From positions 6,112,001-6,176,000 of the forward strand of contig OY760175.1 in assembly GCA_963663165.1 (NCBI GenBank): a DNA stretch of 64,000 nt, written 5' to 3'. The stretch is from an uncultured Desulfospira sp. (GTDB taxonomy: Bacteria > Desulfobacterota > Desulfobacteria > Desulfobacterales > Desulfobacteraceae). Both the position numbers and the translations under genes were made by a program. The notes beneath the pieces are model-generated. The model saw only the letters and a list, made by a program, of their open reading frames with translations, had not been told where the DNA came from and did not search any database. This document shows positions 56,407-64,000 of this stretch, one piece after another; positions within the stretch are counted from its first letter, which is position 1, and every line of letters starts with the position of its first letter.

Positions 56407-57818
56407 TACCCTCGTCATTTTTCCCCCAACATCCGGTGCTGCTGGTGGATGACGATCCTGATACCCTCAAGGGATTTGAAATGATTCTGGAAAAGGCGGG
56501 GATCAACAATCTCATCCTGTGCCAAGACTCCCAAACCGTCATGCCTGTGTTGAAGGAACACCGGATTGAGGTGGTTCTTCTTGATCTGATCATGCCCAAG
56601 ATTTCAGGTGAAGACCTCCTGGCCATGATTGCGGATAATGATCCCGGCCTTCCGATTATTGTCATTACCGGAGATACCGATGTGCAACTCGCGGTAAGGT
56701 GTATGAAAAAAGGGACGTTTGACTATATGATCAAACCGGTGGAGCCGAGCCGGCTGGTCTCGGGGGTTAAGCGGGCCATTGAAATCCGAAGGCTGCAAAA
56801 AGAAAACCGGGAGCTCAAAGAGCATATCCTGTCCGGCCAGCTGAAGAATCCGGAGGCATTCCGGGAAATCAACACCCGAAACCGCGCCATGATTGGCCTG
56901 TTCCAGTATGCCGAGTCCATTGCCGCAAGCCTTCAACCCGTTCTGATCACCGGAGAAACCGGTGCGGGAAAGGAGTTGATCGCCAGGGCCGTCCACCAAC
57001 TGAGCCGCCGTAAAGGGCGCCTGGTAGCGGTCAATGCCGCCGGGATTGACGACAATACGTTTTCAGATACATTGTTCGGCCATATCAGCGGTGCGTTCAC
57101 CGGTGCGGAAAAACAGCGGCTGGGAATGGTGGAGCATGCCGCCGGCGGAACTTTGTTTCTGGACGAAATCGGCGATTTGAGCCCCGGATCTCAGGTTAAA
57201 CTGCTGCGGCTCCTTCAGGAGCGCGAATACTTCCCTTTAGGCGCGGATTTGCCCAAGATCGCAGATATCAGGATTATCGTGGTGACCAATAAAGACCTGG
57301 CGGCATTGCAGGAAACGGGGAAATTTCGCAAAGATCTTTACTACCGGCTCTGCGTTCACCATCTGGAGGTCCCGCCCCTGCGCGAACGGCTTGATGATCT
57401 GCCGCTGTTATCGCATTTTTTCCTTGAGGCTGCCGCCCGTGAAATGGGGAAGAAGAAACCGGCCCCGCCGCCGGAGCTGTTCCAGCTGCTGGCCAACTAT
57501 TCTTTTCCGGGAAACGTGCGGGAACTCAAATCCATGATTTATGATGCTGTAGCAGACCATAAATCCGGGGTCGTGTCCCTTGAACGGTTCAAAACCCACA
57601 TTAGCCAATCTGTGCCCCCCCCTGTTCCTTTATCCGGCTCTTTGCCCAAAGAAGGATACTATTGCCAGCACAATCCCCTGCCGACATTGAAAGCGGCCGT
57701 CCACTCCCTTGCCGTTGAAGCCATGAGACGGTCCGGCAACAATAAATCAATGGCAGCCCGCTTCCTGGGGATATCCCGACAGCGGCTGGGACGGTATCTA
57801 AAGGAACGCATTCCCTGA
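56403..57818 (+). CDS. NtrC-family sigma-54-dependent response regulator
   Basis: REC (VDDD, LDLIMP), GETGAGKE, GAFTGA, LFLDEIG, PGNVREL and a Fis-type HTH. ATGA overlap with the kinase. Confidence 0.95.
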   Translation: MIPSSFFPQHPVLLVDDDPDTLKGFEMILEKAGINNLILCQDSQTVMPVLKEHRIEVVLLDLIMPKISGEDLLAMIADNDPGLPIIVITGDTDVQLAVRCMKKGTFDYMIKPVEPSRLVSGVKRAIEIRRLQKENRELKEHILSGQLKNPEAFREINTRNRAMIGLFQYAESIAASLQPVLITGETGAGKELIARAVHQLSRRKGRLVAVNAAGIDDNTFSDTLFGHISGAFTGAEKQRLGMVEHAAGGTLFLDEIGDLSPGSQVKLLRLLQEREYFPLGADLPKIADIRIIVVTNKDLAALQETGKFRKDLYYRLCVHHLEVPPLRERLDDLPLLSHFFLEAAAREMGKKKPAPPPELFQLLANYSFPGNVRELKSMIYDAVADHKSGVVSLERFKTHISQSVPPPVPLSGSLPKEGYYCQHNPLPTLKAAVHSLAVEAMRRSGNNKSMAARFLGISRQRLGRYLKERIP

Positions 57819-58040
57819 TCTTTTACTTTTCACCGGTTTCATGCCTGTACCGTTTTAACCCATTGGTTTATTTTGTAACAGACGGGGACTTTCCCTTTCC
57901 CATAGGATTTATCCGCCATGGGCCGTGATTTTATGTTACAGGATATGACACCCCTTTGATCTGAAGCCGGCACGCCAATTTTATATGAATTCGAAACAAT
58001 ATCAATAGGTTGCTTTTTGATTCGGCTGTTTCGCCGATTG

Positions 58041-58056
58041 TGGCATGTTTTTAGCA
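58041..58056 (+). promoter_or_regulatory. Possible sigma-54 promoter upstream of the receiver/kinase/MCP genes
   Basis: TGGCAT-GTTTT-TAGCA has correct GG/GC spacing. Confidence 0.45.
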
Positions 58057-58262
58057 ATATTTAGTAAATTATGGCGTTTTGGGGTGCCAGTTCAGCCCTG
58101 GCGGGGAACGGGTGGAAAACAACGCAGCAGAGGGGTGGCGTTGTGTTCAGGCATAAGATGGCTGCTATGGCGGCTGTTCCTTGGAACGGGAACAGGCTTG
58201 AGTGGTGTTAATCTTAAAAAATGGGCGAATGACAGTTTGAATTAAAAAAGAAAGGATGACCA

Positions 58263-58670
58263 TTGCTGGCGGATACCCGCTCCTTAATTAAAAAATTGAA
58301 AGATCCTGTTTTGGTAATTGATGATGATCCCGGGATTCTGTTTTTCTTAAAGTTTTCCCTGTCAAGGCATGGTTTTCGGGTAGACATTGCAGACAGCGGG
58401 GACAAAGGAATCGAAAAAATTCAGGGTAAGGCTTACGACGTTATCATAACCGGCATTCGGATGGAGCCGATTTCCGGGCAGCATATTGCCGCCTTTCTTC
58501 GGCACGTCCTCAAAAAAGACACTCCCATCATTGGCATATCCGAAACCCCATGGCCTATTGATCTTGATGAGTTTGATGCTGTCTTATACAAGCCTTTTTC
58601 GACCAAGGATATCATCAGGGTATTACAAGCGGTTGCGGATACTTTTTTAGTGAAAGGAAATTGTTATTGA
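58263..58670 (+). CDS. Single-domain receiver protein with the phospho-acceptor Asp replaced
   Basis: VIDDD and KPF are present, but the sequence reads IITGIRME where IITDI.MP is expected. Confidence 0.75.
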   Translation: MLADTRSLIKKLKDPVLVIDDDPGILFFLKFSLSRHGFRVDIADSGDKGIEKIQGKAYDVIITGIRMEPISGQHIAAFLRHVLKKDTPIIGISETPWPIDLDEFDAVLYKPFSTKDIIRVLQAVADTFLVKGNCY

Positions 58671-61453
58671 AAATAGCCCATGAAAAGCAATTTGAGCCTG
58701 ATAAAAAGATCGGGCAAGCCACCCAGGCAGCCTTTATGAGAATTGTCGTTCCGCTGTTTTTAACATTTATTTCGTTTATCCTGTGCATCTTCTTTATCTT
58801 TATCCCTTCGGTGAAACAGCATCTTATAGAACAAAAAAAGGTTATGGTTCTTGAACTCAATGACAGCAACTGCAACATTACCATCAGCCTTTTGTCCGAA
58901 TACCACCAGCGGGTATTGTCCGGGGAGCTGACCCGTGAAGACGCCCAGGGCCGTGCCATGAAACGGATGCGCAATTTAAGGTACGGACCGAAAGGCCAGG
59001 GGTTTTTCTGGATCATCGACCAACACCTTCGGGTGCTCGTTCAGCCGGTGATGCCGTGGCTGGAGGGAAAGGACTCGTCCTCCCCAATTGATCCCCATGT
59101 CAAACAGCTCATTGAAGAATGTGTGGGCATCGCTGATACCCAGGGCTCCGGATATGTTGACTATCAGGGGGCGTTACCGGGCGTGACCTTTCCCCGGATT
59201 TCTTATGTCAAATTGTTCGAGCCCTGGGGGTGGATCATCGGTACCGGCATTGAAGTGGACGATGTCGAGGATCATATTGATGCCATTACTGGGCGGATAT
59301 TCCGGATTTTTATCGGGGTTTTGGCCATATTCCTGGTGCTTTGTCTTTACATTACTTTCCAATCCATCCTGAGCGAACAAAAATGGGGGCAGGCCGAGGA
59401 AGCCCACCAACTTGATATCCTGCGTTTGAAAAAACTTCGGGAGCTGAACCAAATGTCCGAAGCCTCACTTTCTGATTTGATGGAATTCTCTTTGTCAGAG
59501 GCCATTCTGCTCACCCGGAGCCGCATCGGATACCTGGTTTTTTTAACCGAAGATGAGAAGGGAATCACGCAGTATACCTGGTCAAATGATACGATTCAAA
59601 ATTGTAAGATTACGGGCCCGGGAGGCCGTTGCCATCAAAAGAAGAATAAATTATGGGCCAGGGCGGTCCAGGAGCGCAAAACGGTAATTGTTAATGATTG
59701 TCAGCAAGAAACTGAAGAAAACAGCCTCCCGGCCGGACATATCCCCATCATCCGGCACATGGATGTTCCGGTATTTGATCGCGGCCGGATCGTGGCTGTG
59801 GCCGGGGTAGGGAACAAAAGGGAAGATTATGATAATTCCGATATTCAGCAGATGAACCTGCTCATGGACGGCATGTGGAAAATTATTCAGCGCAAGGCTT
59901 CGGAGGAGGCCCTGCGGCAAAGCGAGGAGCGATACCGCCTGTTAATGGAAAACGCCGGCGATATTATCTGGACCCTTCAGCTGCCGGATATGCACTTTCT
60001 TTATGCGAGCCCGTCAGTTGAAACCATCCTGAACTATGCCCCGGAACAGCTTCAGAAGATGGCATTGAAAGATATCATTGCACCGGAATTTTTAGACCGG
60101 TTTACCGGAATGATCAGCGAAGAACTGATAAAGGAAGAAGACCCAAAAGTTAATCCCAGACGCTCCTGGGTAACCCAGCTCCAACAGGTTCGAAAAGATG
60201 GCTCTTTTGTCTGGACTGAAATAAAAGCCAGTTTTTTAAGGGATGAGGACGGCCAGGTGAACCGGATTCTTGGGGTCACCCGGGACATCACCCAGCGCCG
60301 GCGGATGGAACGTCAGCTTCAGCAGAGCCAGAAAATGGAGGCGGTCGGCACCCTGGCCGGCGGCATTGCCCATGATTTTAATAATATTCTTTCCTCAATT
60401 CTGGGGTTTACCGAGCTGGCCCGGCTGGAGTGCAAGGAGGACCCTGAGCTGATCCGGTGTCTGGACAGGATTTTTTCCGCCGGCATCAGGGCCCGGGATT
60501 TGGTTCGTCATATTCTGGTCTTCAGCCGGCAGCAGGAAATTCGGCGGGAGCCTTTGGCCATCAAGCCCCTGGTCAAGGAATGCCTCAATTTTATCCGTGC
60601 ATCCATTCCCAAGAATATCGACATTATCCAGAAACTGGAAGCTCCCGATACCACGGTGGTGGCCGACGCCTCCCAAGTCCATCAGATCATCATGAACTTG
60701 TGTACCAATGCCGCCCATGCCATGGAAGGAAAGAACGGTGTCCTGGAAGTCGGCCTCAAATCTGTCCGGATTGAAAACTGGGAAACCATACGGATCAAAG
60801 GACTGGAACCGGGCAATTATCTGGAGCTGTCCGTCGCCGATACCGGATGTGGAATCCCCGAATCGGTGAAAGAACGGATTTACGAGCCCTTTTTCACCAC
60901 CAAACCCACGGGCCAGGGAACTGGAATGGGGCTTGCCATCGTCCACGGGATTGTCAAGGACATGGGCGGCGGTATTTCGGTCTACAGCGAACCGGGCAGG
61001 GGATCTGTTTTTAAACTATACCTGCCGGCCGGTACCGGCAAAGAAGAATCAAAAGTCTTTCCGGGGTTGCCGCTGACAAAGGAGACCGGCCGGATTCTCA
61101 TGGTGGATGATGAAGAAAATATTGTTATATCCGGCCGTCTGATCCTGCAGACCATGGGGTATGAGGTAAACGCAGTGACCGACAGTCTGGAGGCATTTGA
61201 AATTTTTAAAAAAGACCCCCTGGCCTTTGACCTGGTCCTGTCTGACCTGACCATGCCCCGGATGACTGGTGTTCAGCTGATGCGTGAAATCCGTAAACTG
61301 CGCAAAGACATCCCCATTATTTTGACGACCGGGTTTAGTGATGCAGAGGCTATCGCTGAGGAGAGTGGTGTGTCTGCCGTAGTGATGAAACCCTTGATTG
61401 CCCGGGAACTGGTGGAGATGGTCCGGTCCGCCCTTAATCCTGATGCCCTGTAA
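58661..61453 (+). CDS. Hybrid sensor kinase (Cache, GAF, PAS, HisKA, HATPase, REC)
   Basis: Two TMs around a sCache-like domain (LRYG..GFFW...WGWIIGTG); VAGVGNK..DY GAF; LAGGIAHDFNN; LSDLTMP. Confidence 0.92.
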   Translation: MLLKIAHEKQFEPDKKIGQATQAAFMRIVVPLFLTFISFILCIFFIFIPSVKQHLIEQKKVMVLELNDSNCNITISLLSEYHQRVLSGELTREDAQGRAMKRMRNLRYGPKGQGFFWIIDQHLRVLVQPVMPWLEGKDSSSPIDPHVKQLIEECVGIADTQGSGYVDYQGALPGVTFPRISYVKLFEPWGWIIGTGIEVDDVEDHIDAITGRIFRIFIGVLAIFLVLCLYITFQSILSEQKWGQAEEAHQLDILRLKKLRELNQMSEASLSDLMEFSLSEAILLTRSRIGYLVFLTEDEKGITQYTWSNDTIQNCKITGPGGRCHQKKNKLWARAVQERKTVIVNDCQQETEENSLPAGHIPIIRHMDVPVFDRGRIVAVAGVGNKREDYDNSDIQQMNLLMDGMWKIIQRKASEEALRQSEERYRLLMENAGDIIWTLQLPDMHFLYASPSVETILNYAPEQLQKMALKDIIAPEFLDRFTGMISEELIKEEDPKVNPRRSWVTQLQQVRKDGSFVWTEIKASFLRDEDGQVNRILGVTRDITQRRRMERQLQQSQKMEAVGTLAGGIAHDFNNILSSILGFTELARLECKEDPELIRCLDRIFSAGIRARDLVRHILVFSRQQEIRREPLAIKPLVKECLNFIRASIPKNIDIIQKLEAPDTTVVADASQVHQIIMNLCTNAAHAMEGKNGVLEVGLKSVRIENWETIRIKGLEPGNYLELSVADTGCGIPESVKERIYEPFFTTKPTGQGTGMGLAIVHGIVKDMGGGISVYSEPGRGSVFKLYLPAGTGKEESKVFPGLPLTKETGRILMVDDEENIVISGRLILQTMGYEVNAVTDSLEAFEIFKKDPLAFDLVLSDLTMPRMTGVQLMREIRKLRKDIPIILTTGFSDAEAIAEESGVSAVVMKPLIARELVEMVRSALNPDAL

Positions 61454-61562
61454 TCACAGGCTGCTCCGGTGGTGCTATGGCAGACCGTAACCTTGCTAAT
61501 AACCCAACGCCCTGTGATAGCAGGGTCTAACCCCAATTAATATTAGGAAAGGAAATTCCAGA

Positions 61563-63557
61563 ATGAAGATGTCTTTGAAGTCGAGGTTGTTGGTCGGAGG
61601 ATTTTTGGCCTCCATGTTCCCCCTTGCCGTTAGCGGTTATTTTTCAGTAAGCAAATCCTCAGATGCGCTGGTAAATAGCAGTAAGTCCAACTCCGTTCAG
61701 GTGGCCAAAGACCTGGCGGTCATGAGCGAAGAGTTCATCAGCCAGGAAAAAAGCTTTGTCTTGTCCATCGCCCAGGCACCAATCGTTTCAAAGACAGTCT
61801 CAAAGGTATTTAATTCAGGGGCGGGGTCGGACGATGCAAAACCGGAGTTGGATTTATTGACAGAATTTTTGGCCGGTGTTTATGCTCAGGTTAAAAATAA
61901 ACATGAAAATTTAGTGGTTACAGATCAAAAAGGGATCGTCATCGCTGACAGCATTGGGGGAAAGACAAACGGGATTGATCTGTCAAAGCGGCAATATTTT
62001 ATAGACGCAAAAAAAGGGGGGCTGAGTTTAAGCGACCCCATTTTGTCAAAAGTATCCGGGGACCCGATTTTTACCATTGCCGTTCCCTTAAACCAAGAGG
62101 ACGGGGTGTTTGTCGGCGAATTGGTATCGGTAATTAAACTTAATCAGCTAAGCCACATCATTACCCAGGTTAAAGTGGGAAAAACCGGATATCCGTTTTT
62201 AGTGGACAAAAAAGGAACGTTTATTGCCCACCCCAACCCAAAGAATATTTTTAATACCAATATCACCCAGATAGACGGGATGAAAGAGGTGAGCCAGAAA
62301 ATGCTGGCCCAGCAAACCGGTGTTCACGATTATGAATTTGAAGGCGTGCGCAAAATTGCCGGATTCGCCCCGGTTAAATCCACGGGCTGGAGCCTTTGCG
62401 TTACCCAGAATGAGGAAGAGTTCCTGGCCGCGGCCAGACATATCCGGAACCTGGTTTTCATGATCGCCGTTATTTTCCTTGTGGTTATCCTGTTTGGTGT
62501 CCTCTGGTTTGTGAAAGGGGTCATGACCCAGCTCGGTGGTGAGCCGGATCAGATTGCCGGGATTGCCGACCGCATTGCCGCCGGAGATCTCACAATTGAG
62601 TTCAAGGACGATGGCAAAAAGCCGACCGGTGTTTATGCCAGTATGAAAGAAATGGCCGGGAACCTGGCGGATATGATCAAAGAGATCACCGGCGGTGTCC
62701 AGACATTAACCTCTTCTTCCACGGAATTGTCCGCCATTTCTGAACAAATGGCATCCAATGCCACTGAAACGAGTGAAAAGGCCAACAGTGTAGCCGCTGC
62801 TGCCGAAGAAATGACCGCCAACATGAACGGGGTGGCCGCTGCCACCGAACAGACCGCTGCCAATATTCAAATGATTGTGGCTGCTGCCGAAGAAATGTCT
62901 TCTACCATTTCAGAGATCGCGGCCAATACATCCAAAGGCAGCCAAACTACCCTGGACGCCGTGAGCAAGGCAGAAGAGGTTTCAGGAAAAGTCAACGAAC
63001 TCGGAGACGCGGCTTCCCAGATCAGCCGGGTAACGGAAACCATCGCCGACATCTCCGAACAGACCAACCTTCTGGCCCTCAATGCCACCATTGAAGCGGC
63101 AAGGGCCGGAGAGGCCGGAAAAGGATTTGCCGTCGTTGCGGCAGAAATTAAGGCCCTTGCCCAGCAGACAGCCGAGGCCACGGATGAGATCGGTGCAAGG
63201 ATCGGTGAGGTGCAAAAAAGTACCGGTGAATCTGTAACCGCCATTAACGAAATTGTCGGGGTGATCAATGAGATTAACACCATTGTAACCTCTGTTGCCG
63301 TTGCCATTGAAGAACAGACGGCAACGACCCAGGAAATCAGCAACAATGTGAGTCAGGCGGGTGCCGGAGTCCAGGAGGTAAACGAAAATGTCAACCAGGC
63401 CTCTGTGGTGGCTGAAGAAGTCAGCCAGGACATTCATCAGGTCGGCCGGGCTTCGGACGAAATGAAAACCGGCGGTCAGCAGGTTAATGAAAGTTCTAGA
63501 GAATTGTCCAAGCTGGCTGAGGAATTAAACGGCATGATAAAGCGGTTTAAGATATAA
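61563..63557 (+). CDS. Methyl-accepting chemotaxis protein with dCache domain
   Basis: [51 protein letters not shown]. Confidence 0.96.
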   Translation: MKMSLKSRLLVGGFLASMFPLAVSGYFSVSKSSDALVNSSKSNSVQVAKDLAVMSEEFISQEKSFVLSIAQAPIVSKTVSKVFNSGAGSDDAKPELDLLTEFLAGVYAQVKNKHENLVVTDQKGIVIADSIGGKTNGIDLSKRQYFIDAKKGGLSLSDPILSKVSGDPIFTIAVPLNQEDGVFVGELVSVIKLNQLSHIITQVKVGKTGYPFLVDKKGTFIAHPNPKNIFNTNITQIDGMKEVSQKMLAQQTGVHDYEFEGVRKIAGFAPVKSTGWSLCVTQNEEEFLAAARHIRNLVFMIAVIFLVVILFGVLWFVKGVMTQLGGEPDQIAGIADRIAAGDLTIEFKDDGKKPTGVYASMKEMAGNLADMIKEITGGVQTLTSSSTELSAISEQMASNATETSEKANSVAAAAEEMTANMNGVAAATEQTAANIQMIVAAAEEMSSTISEIAANTSKGSQTTLDAVSKAEEVSGKVNELGDAASQISRVTETIADISEQTNLLALNATIEAARAGEAGKGFAVVAAEIKALAQQTAEATDEIGARIGEVQKSTGESVTAINEIVGVINEINTIVTSVAVAIEEQTATTQEISNNVSQAGAGVQEVNENVNQASVVAEEVSQDIHQVGRASDEMKTGGQQVNESSRELSKLAEELNGMIKRFKI

Positions 63558-63755
63558 TGCCCCTGTAATCGGGCATGGCGTGGCCGGCATTTTTGTCGCG
63601 CTTCCTGTACCATGCGGTTGCGCCTGAGCCACAAATATCGCCTCTGCTGTCATTCCAACCAGACCCGGGCCATGGGCCTTGTTAAGACAAGGCCCATGGC
63701 TCAATAGCAGGGTGATCGCATGTAACTCGCCTGTAATTAATAGCACTTGGGGTGG

Positions 63756-63910
63756 TAAGGATAATGTAAAAAAAGGAAACCGGAGAAAAGGAGACGGGAG
63801 ACCGGATCGCGCATCCTTAGGGGTTTTCCATTCCGGTCTCCCTACGTTTTATTGGATTATCCTTATCTTTCATTCCGGGATGGACTGCTTTTTTACATGT
63901 GATTGCCCTG
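63756..63910. repeat. Intact copy of the TAAGGATAAT...ATTATCCTTA heptamer cassette plus its downstream flank, paralogous to the RIT/IS target site
   Basis: 10-bp IR at 63756-63765 and 63856-63865. The flank TTATCCTTAT...ATTCCGG.AT.GA..GCTTT...ACA...GATTGCCCTG matches 10081-10104 joined to 12587-12618. Confidence 0.7.
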
Positions 63911-64000
63911 GGTTCAACAGGCAGGTTCCTTTATTCATAATAAACCCGGCACAGGTCAACTGGACAGGATGGGGGCGATTCGTCATTTCAGCCGCCAGTA

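Overview
This is a 64-kb chromosomal window from what looks like a sulfate-reducing deltaproteobacterium, probably Desulfobacteraceae-like (inferred from the tmcDCBA operon, the SidJ-related pseudokinase and many two-component genes). Housekeeping and metabolic genes include the tmc operon, a TRAP transporter, rnj-ftsK, rtcB, MBL-rhodanese, MocR/EamA, an aminotransferase IV, Lrp and a two-component/MCP cluster. The most notable items are: (1) a two-gene locus encoding a membrane SPFH protein and an ~1100-aa protein with two AAA+ modules fused to a Lon-type Ser-Lys protease domain; (2) a nested mobile cluster at about 5.8-12.6 kb, where a five-gene RIT-like tyrosine-recombinase element and an ISKra4/ISLre2-like IS (22-bp TIRs, 9-bp TSD, DUF4338/DruA-like passenger) have inserted into a repeated intergenic cassette; (3) a SidJ-related pseudokinase; (4) a ~150-bp MITE family with three 8-bp target-site duplications; (5) gene relics, namely a kdnA/kdsB deletion scar, a frameshifted cNMP-patatin and a histidine kinase lacking its H-box. 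Several REP-like and heptamer repeat families fill the intergenic regions. No rRNA, tRNA or CRISPR array was found. Family assignments come from motif recognition by eye; no database search was run.
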